Assembly: GCF_001194135.2 (NCBI RefSeq)
Contig: NC_068997.1
Coordinates: forward strand, 47,230,957-47,294,956
Direction of reading: 5' to 3'
From: Octopus bimaculoides
Lineage: Eukaryota
DNA length: 64,000 bases
The position numbers and the translations under genes were made by a program. This document shows positions 35,220 through 48,246 of the stretch, in pieces. Within the stretch, counting starts at the first letter, position 1. Each line of letters begins with the position of its first letter. Below the pieces are notes generated by a model, which saw only the letters and a list, made by a program, of their open reading frames with translations, had not been told where the DNA came from and made no database searches.

Positions 35220-37549
35220 TAACATAGCGGCTTACTCAGAATCATTTCCTTACAATTTTTAATAATTTTTTTCTATTTAAAGTTTGTTTTCGGGATTTAG
35301 TTATAGAAAATTTCATCTTATGTAATGCCAAAGCTCGTTGAGTCCTTGTTGGGATTTATAAATGAGTATTTGAAAAAGATATTTGCGAGTTTTACAATAA
35401 ACATCTTAATTTATTCCCAGCATGCATTGTTATTTGTTGATACTATGCAACCAGTAAAGCTAATGGGCTCGTGTACAGTCGGGTAGCCTGCTAGAAATAA
35501 CAGTCAAATATCCCTTAAATCGTCCTACCGTTTTGTATTTTTAAAAATGAAAGGACACATCAACTAATATATTCCTAGTTGGGGTGGGGTAAAGACTGGA
35601 TAGTCATGATTTGAATGTCTTGTGTTCAAAAGTCTACTGGTTCATTCAATATTTCTATGGATTAATTTAGCTGCAAATTTTTGCATGCTGGGTCACTACA
35701 GTGTACACACACACACGTCTGTCGCTAGTAGTTACCATTGTTCCAGCACAGCTCTGATTGAACAGACTTATGATCAAGAATATTCCACCCATGACCATCC
35801 CGTTTTATAATTTTTAATTTTTTTTTATTTTTCAGTGAGTATACAACAGATTACATTTACCCAGTGTGTCGTATGAAAAGATGGTTCGGTGTGACATGAA
35901 AGAGAATACAGGTTTTAAAAAAACAAAACTGTAACGTTGGGATACTTTCAAAAGGCGGAGTAGTCATGTTTGGAACGATTTTTAAAAGACATGATGGTTA
36001 CGGTTGGAATGTTTTCAGAAAGACGCATAGTTTCGCGCGTCTGTACACACTCTTTTGTGCTCATGCGTGGGAGCGAATCCATGCACCAACTTGTTTATTC
36101 TCGATTTTGAAAATTTTCTATTTCATTAGCAAGTCGGACAAAATCTTTATTTCTTCTAGCTCTATACGTTCTGAATTCAATTCCCGTCCATCCTTTCAGA
36201 TTTGATAAAATAAGTACCAGTTAAGCACCGCAGTCTACGTAATCAACTTACACCTCCACATAAAATTACTTGTCTTTTGCTAAAATTCCACTCCATTATT
36301 TACTAAACATTGAGCTACAAATGTAACCATCCCCTGCCGGAGCCCGGTCTGGGAATCGAAACCGCGAGTCCGCTGCCCTAACCACTAGGCCATTGCGCCT
36401 CCATATCGAACACTATCAATTGATTAACAACAATTTCCAAATATAATAATATTCGCGAAATTAATAATCCATTCATATGTATATTTTGATAAATTTGTAT
36501 TTAGGCAACGAACATAAAAGGAATGAATTACTTTTGTAAATCTGAAAACAATAGAAATGTTAATCACGGGAGAGAACTCTAATATAAAGGGACATAACTC
36601 AGTAGTAATGCTGCGCACTACATCACAATAAATAAATACTATCTTTGCAAAAATGAAGAGAAGAGAGAGAGAGAGAGAAAGGGATTTAAAAATTGTAGCA
36701 TTATGTAAACAAAATATACTGTAGAGAATATTAAAAGAAGACACTTTGTATGCACGGTTGATAAAGTGTATCTATTACGAGCCAATAGCTAGAAGTTTTT
36801 CTAATGTAGTCGTTCTATTTGCTAGATATAACTGCCAATTTTCCCTCAAACTACATTCTACTCATTTTAAGGAAAAGAATATCACATCGGATAATGTAGT
36901 CTTCGCTATATTTTGTCTGAAAATTCATTAGACTGGTTGGTCGTGGGTGGTATGCTTTTGATGAGAGATCTGCTTGATTAGGGCTAACATGGAGTTAATG
37001 AAATCATCATCATCATCATCATCATCATTAGTAGCAGCAGCAGCAGCAGTAACCTTATCTCAACACAGAGCACACAGTTCTTCTCTCTCGACCCGAACCT
37101 CGGAAGAGAAAATTGGTTTTACGGAAACTTAAGAAGCTTGTCGGAGGGCTTGTTCTTGTTCATGTTCTAGTATCCTAGATTGGAATAGGTAACCCAGTTG
37201 AAAATGCCCCCACCTGGCCCTTGGGTGTCTTTTGTAGGTTCCGCTCTGTTGCAAGAAACCAAGATTTTCTATGTAGTCGTTCGATTTGCAAGATATAACT
37301 GCCAATTTTCCCTCAAACCACATTCTACTTATTTTAAGGAAAAGATCACATCGGATAATGTAGTTCCAGGATTGAATGCAACTTCCTCATCTCACCCTAC
37401 CAATTACGAAGGACTCGAAAAGATTCATGGGCGCTGTCCTCACTTCTCTGACTCAGTCATGTATAAATAAAGATATAAAAATACACGAGTGGTTGTGTGG
37501 TAAGTAGCTTGTTCTCAACCACATGGTTCCAGGTTCAGTCCCACTGACA

Positions 37550-37768
37550 CGAGGGGGCGCTGAAAAGTTCCTGGCTTTAAGGGTGTCGCAAAAGGCCTGG
37601 CTGGAGACCCAAATTTCCGAGTTCTTTTACAGGGCTTAGAAAAACCGAAGGACTGCTGCAATAAGTGTGTGAATCTGAGAGGTGGTGATATGTTGAATAA
37701 AATCATAATTAACTGATCCTCCTGTATTTTCTTTTACCCAAAGCCAGGAACTTTTCAACACCACCTCA
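37550..37768 (+). mobile_element. mariner-derived MITE (about 219 bp) abutting a SINE B head (37485-37546); partial inverted copy at 54858-54964
   Basis: 29-bp TIRs cgagggggcgctgaaaagttcctggcttt with 4 mismatches, CA/TA flanks. The interior encodes the remnant 'LQGLEKPKDCCNKCVNLRG', resembling a mariner transposase C-terminus. Confidence 0.75.
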
Positions 37769-38739
37769 TATATGGGGTTAGTTTAATCACTTTGTGTAGG
37801 GGAGAGAATGTTTGAGAAATATTTTTTCAACTCCACTCTGAGTTATTTCTCTTAGTGAATTTTCGTTTGAATTATGCAAATAATTCTAGGCCATAAATAT
37901 TTCTCTCCAAGTACTGTTAGTAACATATTGTCCGGTTCAATCTTTTCCATAGTCAGGTCATCTTTTCCATAGCTAGGTCATCGGCCCTTAAACCGGCTCC
38001 GACTAGACTTCCCTGGTGGAAACCCAACAGAGCAGAAACAAGACCTGTTAAAAGAACAGATGAACCCAACGAATGCTTAATGACTAACAATACAGTGGGG
38101 ATTTACAAATTTTGGGTTTGTGTCAGGCATGCATTAGGACCATTTGGAAAGAGTTACCCCTTAGCTTTTGTTGAAGTATTTCTCCAGGAGAAGGTACAGC
38201 TGTGTCCATAGCTAAACCGACAGTAGAACAGAGTGGGCATTGTGGTTTCAGTAGCCTCGGAAAACAGCGGGACATACAGAAGGACAACGTTGAATATACG
38301 CAATCATTGTGAATAGGGCTTTCTAGGAAAGCATTCTGGGCCCCATGGAAAGTAATGCATTAGGCCCCTGCTTATACAACCACATCATAGCTAGATTAAG
38401 ATTGGGGACCGAGGGATTCCCGGGAAACTTCCCAGGGTGCTTTAGCGATACTGCCTGTCAGTACCTGCGAAACGATAAAAGTGACAGTAAATTGGGTGAG
38501 AAGAGAACTGATGACCCCCCACCCCGACTGTATTCATTACTAAGAGAACATGAAAATGAAGGGTTTGCTGGTGTCTGAGGCCTTTGACTTTCACCCACGA
38601 GGATAGAATATTCATTCGTTCGTGCATTCATTCTTTCATTAATTCGTTTAATCGGTCGTTCATTTATTCTTTCATTCATTTATTCGTTCAATCATTCATA
38701 CGAACATACATAAACAGATACACACACACCTACACACGC

Positions 38740-38808
<69 letters not shown>

Positions 38809-38856
38809 ACTGTTTGTCTGTCTGTCTGTCTGCCTGCCTGCCTACCTGCCTGCCTG

Positions 38857-38887
<31 letters not shown>

Positions 38888-39191
38888 NNNNNNNNNNNNN
38901 NNNNNNNNNNNNNNNNNNNNNNNNNNNNNNNNNNNNNNNNNNNNNNNNNNNNNNNNNNNNNNNNNNNNNNNNNNNNNNNNNNNNNNNNNNNNNNNNNNNN
39001 NNNNNNNNNNNNNNNNNNNNNNTCGGCCTTTTTTTTTTTTTTCTCGATCCCTTTTGATCGAACTCCCCCTTTTTCCCTTCCTACGATCCCTTTTGATCGA
39101 CACCCCCTTTTTTTTTCCCTCCCAAAAAGAAAAGCTCTACATTGTATTTGTCCCATCTTCGTTGAGCCCTGTGTGGCTAATAAAAGAAATG

Positions 39192-39223
<32 letters not shown>

Positions 39224-41194
39224 CACACACATATACATATACATACAGACATGTATATATATGCATATACATGCATAGCTCACGCACACACGCACACATA
39301 CACACAAATACACACATAGGTGAAGGTGGCTAAAATTTTTATGAATTTAAATTTGGGTTTTGTCTCCCTTGCAGTTTTTAATAAGCATTGTCATTAATTA
39401 TTAAATTGTCTTTTGACTCACCATGTTAAATGTGTTACCAGTATTTAGCATTAAACATATCTTACTTGATACAATTAAAATTACGAAATGGTTTCTTCAA
39501 AGTTTAGAAATGTATAAAAAAATATATTCTTTTAATTGTAAAAATATAGAATAGACTTGAAACATTTGTTCGTTTGAAAATGAAGCATTAATACAGTTCA
39601 TTGTAAACAGAGATATCACAAGACCACATTATTACCACGTTATATAAATGTTTTCAAGATCTACATAGCTTGGTTTCATGTTAAAAATTTCGATTATGTC
39701 CCCAGTTACTTCTCATAGTCATACTTCTATGAGGAACAACATGCAAACTGTTTTCTTTATGCTAAAATTTCCGATTATGTCTTTGATATTGTCTCATAGT
39801 TAAAGATTGTTGAACGTACCACACTCAAACTTATTTCAGCATGTTGAAGATTTCGGTTGTGTCTTCGATTTCTTTCCTTAATTGAAGTTGTTTAAATGCG
39901 TAACACTCGAATACATGATGTGACAAGCAGATTAATATCACAGACATGTATACGAATTGAGATACCATAAAATAAAGAATTTCACTGAAAATCTTTAAAG
40001 ATGGTATTTACAACATTTTTCTTGCAATTCACTCTGTAATTATGTATTATAATTTCCGTCACCTTCAGACTTTAATTTCCGTTCGTTGATCTTGCTACTC
40101 ATGAAACCGTATTTCTCTAATGCCAACAATGTTGGCTGCTGCATTGGGCTTAATCTGTCGATATATCCACGTTCAACCACTCCAGTCTTTCATCTTCTTT
40201 TATCATTCTATTCAAATGTAGGATGCTGCAAAGGAATATTAAATCAACTCCAGTATTTGACTAGCATTTCATTTTATTGAACCTCCGAAGAATGAAAGCA
40301 AAGTTAATCTCGGTGGAATTTGAAGTCAGGCTGTGAAACTAAATTCTACAGATCTGGTTTGCATGCCTCATTTACGGATTCATTTTGTAATCCCTCTCTC
40401 CTTCTCTCTCTCTCAACACAGTAGGTAAAGTTGATCTAACAAAGATTTAGCAGGTCGAGCTACTATAACCGAACCCTACGACACAGTTATAAATACCCCC
40501 CCCCCCAAATCTAAATAAAAATAACTTTTAACACATAAAAAAGTCTGAAATTTTGGGGGAGGAGAGTTGCTGATTATGTCACAGCCTGTTCGTGAAATTA
40601 ACGTGCAAGTGGCCGAGCACTCCACAGAAACGCGTACCCTTAGCGTAGTTCTCAGGGAAATTCAACATAACACAGAGTGTGACAACGCTGGCCCTTTGAA
40701 ATACAAGTACTACTCATTTTGCCAGATGAGTGGACTGGAACAACGTGAAACAAAGTGTCTTGCTCAAGGACATAATGCAACGCTAGGTATCGAACTCACG
40801 ACCTTTCAACCGTGAACCAAATACCCTAACCACTAAGCCACGCACCTTCACTCTGTCATATATTCTTTTCTACTCTAGGCACAAGGCCCGAAATTTTGGG
40901 GGAGGGGGCCAGTTGCTTAGATCGATCCCAGTACGCAACTGGTACTTAATTTATCGACTCCGAAAGGATGAAAGGCAAAGTCAACCTCGGCAGAATTTGA
41001 ACTCAACTCTGTCCTATATTACAACAGTATTAGACGTTAGGGTTTGTCAGTTGTGTACTTGTATTTACTTAGTTTAATTTTTCTGTTGGGTTAAATTATT
41101 TGATGTTTAATCAAATTTGGTCTGCTTTAATTTGGTTTAATTTCATTGATTATTTGCTCAAGAGATCCATGAAAATATTCAATCAATCAAAGTG

Positions 41195-41508
41195 ATTTGG
41201 TCGAACAAATCAATCCGAGTACTTATTCTATCGGTCTCTTGTATCGAACCTTTAAGTTACGGGGATGTAAACTAACCAACACCCCTTTTCAAGCGGTAGA
41301 GGCGGACAAACATAAAGACACACACACACACACAGACATACATATAAACAACGGGCTTCTTTCCGTTTCCGTCTATCAAGCCCACTTACAAGGCTTTGTT
41401 TGGCTGGGACTATAGTAGAAGACACTTGTTCAAGGTGCCGAACAGTTGGACCGAACCCAAGACTATATAGTTGGGAAGCAAGCTCTTTAACTAAACATCA
41501 ACGCCTGC
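41195..41508 (-). mobile_element. SINE family B copy directly downstream of the tRNA-Ile terminator; further copy at 52190-52546
   Basis: Family motifs 'acttattctatcggtctct', 'gggcttctttc', 'ctatagtagaagacacttg'. Confidence 0.8.
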
Positions 41509-41510
41509 AC

Positions 41511-41521
41511 AAAAAAAAAAA
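41511..41521 (-). terminator. RNA polymerase III oligo(T) terminator of tRNA-Ile
   Basis: An 11-T run starts 1 nt after the discriminator base on the minus strand. Confidence 0.85.
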
Positions 41522-41522
41522 G

Positions 41523-41637
41523 TGCCCCGGGTGAGGTTCGAACTCACAACCTCCGCATAACTATAGTCTTATGGTTTGAAACATAAGAAAGGTACTGTCT
41601 ATAAGTACGGCGCGCTAACCGATTGTGCCACCGGGGC
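41523..41637 (-). tRNA. tRNA-Ile-TAT: tRNA-Ile(UAU) with a 41-nt intron (exon 1 41637-41600, intron 41599-41559, exon 2 41558-41523)
   Basis: Full cloverleaf: acceptor GCCCCGG/CCGGGGC, anticodon stem CCGTA/TGCGG, loop CT-TAT-A^A, T-arm GTGAG-TTCGAAC-CTCAC. The intron sits at canonical 37/38. Exon sequence is close to vertebrate tRNA-Ile-TAT. One D-stem mismatch (A12-C23). Confidence 0.95.
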
Positions 41638-41789
41638 AGTTACACTAAACAGTCGAAAAATAATGATTATGGAAAGTTAAGTTTTTTGCATGTAAAACTT
41701 ATTCTCGAATCAAAAAGCTAATTTAAATGCTGATGCATTAAATAATACGTCATTTTTAGTATGCAAAATATTATTTTACCATTTAATTA

Positions 41790-42017
41790 TTGGGTTGTCC
41801 GGAAAGTTCGTGCCGATTTATAGTTGCTTACCTTTCGACTTATTTGCCATGAAACCACCTCAATTCTGGGAAGAGGGTATTTTCAAGTTAAAGGAAAGAT
41901 GGAGACGCATTGTGCAACAAAATGGTTCATATTTGATTGATTAAAAATGTAATGGCAAGTATTTATTGACCTTTTTCTTTCCTTTAAAAATCGGTACGAA
42001 CTTTCCAGACAACCCAA
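41790..42017 (+). mobile_element. mariner-derived MITE, 228 bp, TA-flanked
   Basis: TIR ttgggttgtccggaaagttcgtgccgattt. Encodes FWEEGIFKLKERWRRIVQQNGSYL*, a mariner C-terminus. Confidence 0.9.
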
Positions 42018-42054
42018 TATAATGTTAATAATAATAATAATAATTAGGTAAAGA

Positions 42055-42480
42055 AAAGGCCGCGAGCTGGCAGAATCGTTGGCACGCCGGGCGAAATGCT
42101 TACCGGTATGTCGTCTGCTATTAGGTTGTGAGTTCGAATTCCGCCAAGGTCGACATTGCCTTAAAAGAAAACTGCCGAGACGTTCTCAGTTCAAATTCCG
42201 CCGAGGTCGACTTTGCCTTTTATCCTTTCGGGGTCGATAAAATGAGTATCAGTTGAGTACTGGGGTCGATGTAATCGACTTATCCCTTCCCTCGAACTTA
42301 CTGGCCCTGTGCCAAAATTTGAGATCAATATTTAATAATAAATAAGTGAAGGAAAGGCATCGAGCTGGCAGACTCGTTAACACACAGGGCAAAACACTTC
42401 GGCCGTCTTTACGTTCCGAGCTCAAATTCTGCGGAGGTCGGCTATACCTTTTATCCTTTCGGAGTCGAATCCCTCCCCAC
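42055..42480 (+). mobile_element. Cluster of SINE family A copies and fragments; other copies at 57880-58115 (+), 40870-41005 (-), 53590-53740 (-) and 62163-62368 (-)
   Basis: Family A motifs recur in each copy. Confidence 0.8.
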
Positions 42481-43014
42481 CACACCGCCTCGGAATTACT
42501 GATAGTTTAGAGGGGTTGTACTCACGATCGCAAAATCGTGGTTTCGATTCTCAGGCCGACTATGTTTTGAGCAAAGCACCTCGTTTCACGTTGATCCAGT
42601 CTACTCAATTGTAGATGAGAAACGTTGCAACGGATTGGCGTTCAAAGGTGAGATGATGATTGAGAAAAATCCCTTGGACGGAGGTCTCACAAGCTGCGTT
42701 TCGAATTTAGCGATCGAAAGGGTGAATAGTACAACCCACACTGTGAATCTCGACTGGTTGGGATGGGTTGTTAAACAACGTCGAAGGACATCAAAAACAA
42801 ATGATAAATAAAAAATGTACAACTAGTCATTTTTGTTTTGTTTCGATGAAAACAGCTACTGGTACCATATAAGCCGGTACTACTTGTTTCATGGTCGAGT
42901 GGTCGACAATTAAACCGGCTTCCCCACTTGAGTAACTTACTACTGTTGTGAAGAGGGTGCCTGGACACCCAACAGGACTAAAAGCAAGATCCGTCACAGG
43001 CCAGATGAGCTTTT

Positions 43015-43059
43015 TGTCCTGAAATCTTTCGTCACACATCTGTGACCTCTTCAGCGACA
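43015..43059 (-). ncRNA. Minimal hammerhead-ribozyme-like motif, degenerate stem I
   Basis: CUGAAGA-g-gtcac(agatgt)gtgac-GAAA-gauUUC-aggaca. Stem II is perfect; stem III AGAUUU can self-pair with G.U wobbles; stem I is bulged. Confidence 0.5.
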
Positions 43060-44953
43060 CTTTTCGTTTCCGTGTGTGTTCTTGCACCACTTACTCCATT
43101 CTGTTCTTGTAGGATGTGTAAATAATACTCCTTCCCCTTTTTGATGTTATTCTTCCATGTTCTTCACTAGTTATTCCGTCGCAAGAACTTAAGCGTTAAA
43201 GCTACACGCTACACATATAGCGGCTATCGATGTTATTCTTCGCCACATGTACGCGTTACAACGTTGTCCATCACTTCAACAATTGTCATAATGTTACCTA
43301 TCCTTGCTACAATTGGACTCGTTACCTCTTCACATCAATAAACATTACATAATCTCGCCACACTGATAACCCCTACGTGCAAGATACATCTGCCGCTACA
43401 AGTGGTTCGTACTATTTGTACCGTCGGTATTGAAATATTTCAATCTTTCTCGATGGTTCTTCTTCTCTTGTTTCCTTATCTGCTAGAAATCTGCTAAGAA
43501 ACAAATGAATTTTAATCAAACTTTTTTAACATTTAAAATTATGTTTTCTTTAATTGATGCAAAAAAAGTTATAGAAAGTATGCGAATAACAAGTTAGTTT
43601 CTATCAATGATCTCCCCTCTTTCTCCGTCTTGCATTTTTTTTTTCACTATAATTTCTGGTGAAAAATAAATTACAACATTTTGCATAATTATTCAGAAAA
43701 AATCTGCATAATAAACAAATTTTCAACAGATTCTTTTCAATAACGATTTTTTTAAAGAAAACCTTATCATAATTTCTCCCAATTNNNNNNNNNNNNNNNN
43801 NNNNNNNNNNNNNNNNNNNNNNNNNNNNNNNNNNNNNNNNNNNNNNNNNNNNNNNNNNNNNNNNNNNNNNNNNNNNNNNNNNNNNNNNNNNNNNNNNNNN
43901 NNNNNNNNNNNNNNNNNNNNNNNNNNNNNNNNNNNNNNNNNNNNNNNNNNNNNNNNNNNNNNNNNNNNNNNNNNNNNNNNNNNNNNNNNNNNNNNNNNNN
44001 NNNNNNNNNNNNNNNNNNNNNNNNNNNNNNNNNNNNNNNNNNNNNNNNNNNNNNNNNNNNNNNNNNNNNNNNNNNNNNNNNNNNNNNNNNNNNNNNNNNN
44101 NNNNNNNNNNNNNNNNNNNNNNNNNNNNNNNNNNNNNNNNNNNNNNNNNNNNNNNNNNNNNNNNNNNNNNNNNNNNNNNNNNNNNNNNNNNNNNNNNNNN
44201 NNNNNNNNNNNNNNNNNNNNNNNNNNNNNNNNNNNNNNNNNNNNNNNNNNNNNNNNNNNNNNNNNCTCCTCCTCCTCCTCCTCTTCTTCTTCTTCTTCTT
44301 CTTCTTTCTCGTCGTCGTCATCTTCCCCCCCACTTCTTTCACCACCACCACCATGGACATCCCGTACGTTCTTCTACCGGTTGTGCATCTAAGACTGTAA
44401 TTTGAGAAATATCTGACAGCTATTTCTAGCACCGACAATGACTATGTCAAAGCTCATTTCTTTGCCCGTTTCTGTTGTTGGGGTTAGGGTTGTGATGTAA
44501 CCGTTACTGCTGACGTTGCTGCAATGATAATGACGACGACGATGATAATAGTAATGATGGTGATGGTGAAGTTAATTACGATGATGACGATAATGACGAA
44601 GATGATGGTGATGGTGATGATGAAGTCGCCACCAATGAAGTCGACGACGACGACTATACCAATGGTGATGTTTGCTGCTTTGTTGGTTATGAATTTATAC
44701 AAACGTACAACATTGTTTCTCCGACAGGGGACACTGTTATTGGACGTTGTCATGTGATATATTGACTTTGAAATGGCGGGCTTAAGTAAACATTCAAGGG
44801 ATCAGCATTTTTTTATGATCTGTTTTTTCATTTAAAGGAAACATCCGAGATCAGAGCGGATAAGATGTCAGTTTCGTTGCTTAGTAACGATAGCCACTGA
44901 TTCTGGTTTCCTGGCCAACGGAATTCTCCCGTTTTTTCCCCATATATTTCCCA

Positions 44954-45015
<62 letters not shown>

Positions 45016-45169
45016 GCTATCTATCTATCTGACTGTCTGTCTCCTTTGTGAGACGTGTGGTGTGAAATGACTGAATAGGGCAAAGAAAAAAAAACAAGAA
45101 ACCCCCAAAAGTCAAGAATGGGAAGAAATTAAAGGCGAAGGCAAATATGAATTTTCAAAACAAAACAAA

Positions 45170-45415
45170 AGATCTCTTCTACAGCACCACATGCCTACAA
45201 CGCAATGAGAATTATATCGGTCAAACGGGATCAAAATTAATACATCGGGTTAGAGTATATAAACAACAAATCATAGAGTCATGAATATATAAACACTTGT
45301 GCCAATGGAAAATTAAAAGTTTCACGGAAATAAAAAAAATGGAAGAATATGATCAACAATGAAACGTAGATGATAAATGCTTCATAAAGAATTCTAAATC
45401 CTCAGCTGAACTGGA
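45170..45415 (+). mobile_element. Penelope-like element GIY-YIG endonuclease fragment
   Basis: Translates LFYSTTCLQRNENYIGQTGSKLIHRVRVYKQQI, i.e. the C..C...YIGQTG..L..R motif, then decays. Confidence 0.75.
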
Positions 45416-45569
45416 ACTAGTCAACACTGTATACAGATTACTCGATAACACGCGTATTTGAAAAGCTGTAGAAAAAGAAAGCGCTTACAAAATATGAAAA
45501 AGATCTGTGTTATTCAGTTTATTGAAGATTTTTTAAATATATAACAAATAAGTAGAATTAAAGAAAATA

Positions 45570-45900
45570 GCTTAGTGGTTAGAGCGTCGACCTCACAATC
45601 GTGAGGTAGTGAGTTCGATTCCCGGACCGAACTGTGTGTTGTGTTCTTGAGCAAGACACTTTATTTCACGTTGCTCCAGTTCACTCATCTGGAGAAATGA
45701 TTTGCATCGTTACTGGCGCCAAGCTGTATCGGCCCCTTTGCCTTTCCCTTGGATAACATCGGTGGCGTGCAGAGGGGAGGCTGGTATGCATGGGTGACTG
45801 CTGGTCATCCATAAACAACCTTGCCCGAACTTGTACCTCGGAGTAGAACTTTCTAGGTGCAATCCCATGGTCATTCATGACCGAAGGGGGTCTCTACCCT
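45570..45900 (+). mobile_element. tRNA-headed CORE-like SINE (family D); inverted copy at 55025-55350, relatives at 40590-40850 (-), 58450-58675 (+) and 62480-62600 (-)
   Basis: A/B-box head followed by 'ttcttgagcaagacactttatttcacgttgctccag', which resembles the CORE domain. Confidence 0.75.
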
Positions 45901-47568
45901 TCTTTATTCACACACATACATACACACGTATATATACAAACATATGTATATATATATATGTACACACACACACACAAACACACATTCTCTTCTATTATTC
46001 TATTTCCTTGAAAGAATTTCTCCCAGGCGTTACTCATTACAATTCGTCTTGGCCTAACGGCCTTTAATGTTTATCTTTGCCGATTGTTTACTCTGTACGT
46101 CCACCCTGTCGTTGTTTGTTCGTTCGAATTTCTAACTCTCCATGAATTTTATATTTTAAAAATTTCTGGACGCTGCCGTCTTATGAAGTTTCCCTATATT
46201 ATCGTTGAAAGCACGAAATAGGAGTAATAAACAGTGCGACAACTGATGAGGAGTGATCTTCTTTTGATATTTTGTCCTGTACTTATCTCTCGTGTGTTTA
46301 CGTGTTTTTCACTCGTTGGTGATGTCCTGCACACAATGTGTAGTTTTCATTATATATATATATATATGTATGTATACTCACACACAGACACGTACATTGG
46401 ATATATACATGTATATATACACGCGCTACCAATATACGCACTGTCAATTTTTTGCTCTATCGTAATTCAGTTGAAAGAATAATTCTGTTCAATATCCTCA
46501 TCATTTCTCTCTCTCTTTCGCTCTCTTCTTCTCTTTCTCTGTATGCATGCATACATGCATGCACATATGTATGTGTGTGTGTATGTATGTATGTATGTAT
46601 GTATGTATGTGTGTTTGTGTGTATGTATGTAAGTATATTATTTTCATACATTTTTACATCAATTCATTCGTTTATTCCCGCGTATCTGTCGTCCTTTTTC
46701 TCAGTGGCAATGTAAACACATTGCTATGGAAAAGGCTTCAGCCCGGAGTGATTTCAACTAGGGGCTTCCACTGTTTATGCCCTACAAAAAACAAAAAACA
46801 AAAAACTTTTTTCTATATGACAATTTTCTATTATTTTAGTTTTGTTGGTAAGAACTGGAGATTTACGTTTAAATAATTATCCAATGCTTTAAGGAAATAT
46901 GAGAACTTCTATAGTTGTAAAACCTTTTGTTGATAATTTATTAATTAATACTTTCTGTGTTTCCTGAATATTTACATATGAATCTTTAAAACGTACTGCT
47001 GTACATCAAAAAAGTATAGCCATCGCTCGCAAGCAAATATATCCTCATTACAGATTCACCAGTAATCGTTAATCTCTGTCTTCTTAAAGGTTCCGTCTCA
47101 CTGATATGTTGTGTCTTCCATGTTCTCTTTTCTTTNNNNNNNNNNNNNNNNNNNNNNNNNNNNNNNNNNNNNNNNNNNNNNNNNNNNNNNNNNNNNNNNN
47201 NNNNNNNNNNNNNNNNNNNNNNNNNNNNNNNNNNNNNNNNNNNNNNNNNNNNNNNNNNNNNNNNNNNNNNNNNNNNNNNNNNNNNNNNNNNNNNNNNNNN
47301 NNNNNNNNNNNNNNNNNNNNNNNNNNNNNNNNNNNNNNNNNNNNNNNNNNNNNNNNNNNNNNNNNNNNNNNNNNNNNNNNNNNNNNNNNNNNNNNNNNNN
47401 NNNNNNNNNNNNNNNNNNNNNNNNNNNNNNNNNNNNNNNNNNNNNNNNNNNNNNNNNNNNNNNNNNNNNNNNNNNNNNNNNNNNNNNNNNNNNNNNNNNN
47501 NNNNNNNNNNNNNNNNNNNNNNNNNNNNNNNNNNNNNNNNNNNNNNNNNNNNNNNNNNNATACATACA

Positions 47569-47598
<30 letters not shown>

Positions 47599-47599
<1 letters not shown>

Positions 47600-47826
47600 T
47601 GGGTTGTCCGGAAAGTTCGTGCCGATTTTTAAAAGAAAGAAAAAGGTCAATAAATACTTGCCATTACATTTTTAATCAACCAAATATGAACCATTTTGTT
47701 GCACAATGCGTCTCCATCTCTCCTTTAACTTGAAAATACCCTCTTCCCAGAATTGAGGTGGTTTCATGGCAAATAAGTCGAAAGGTAAGCTACTATAAAT
47801 CGGCACGAAATTTCCGGTCAACCCAA
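47599..47826 (-). mobile_element. Second copy of the 228-bp mariner MITE, in inverted orientation
   Basis: Same length, TA flanks, only a few substitutions relative to 41790-42017. Confidence 0.9.
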
Positions 47827-47836
47827 TATATATATA

Positions 47837-47887
<51 letters not shown>

Positions 47888-48207
47888 CACATACATACAT
47901 ACACACATAGATACATACACACACACACACACACACTCACACACATATATATGTATATACGCACATATATAAATGAACACATACAGACAGATATTTCACT
48001 CCCTCCCTCTGTTTCACATGACCTCTACATTTCTTCATGAACATCTCTCTACATAATACTAACTGTCTTTCTACTTCTCTCTCTTTCTCATACTCTTTAT
48101 TTATCTACACGCTTTTGTGCCTGTATACGTCCATGTGTTTGCATGTATATATGTATACATATTATTTGTATGTGTATAATGTGCCAGTCTATATGAGAGT
48201 GAACATG

Positions 48208-48246
<39 letters not shown>

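Noticed and set aside
36790-37365. Two 105-bp direct repeats that might be LTRs
   Set aside because: Both are pieces of a common interspersed repeat found elsewhere in the window (e.g. about 35480 and 9630); no TG..CA ends, TSD or retroviral coding sequence.
45570-45640. tRNA-like sequences at 45570, 36330-36400, 58450-58520 and 63895-63960
   Set aside because: They have A/B boxes but no complete cloverleaf and continue into SINE bodies, so they are SINE heads rather than tRNA genes.
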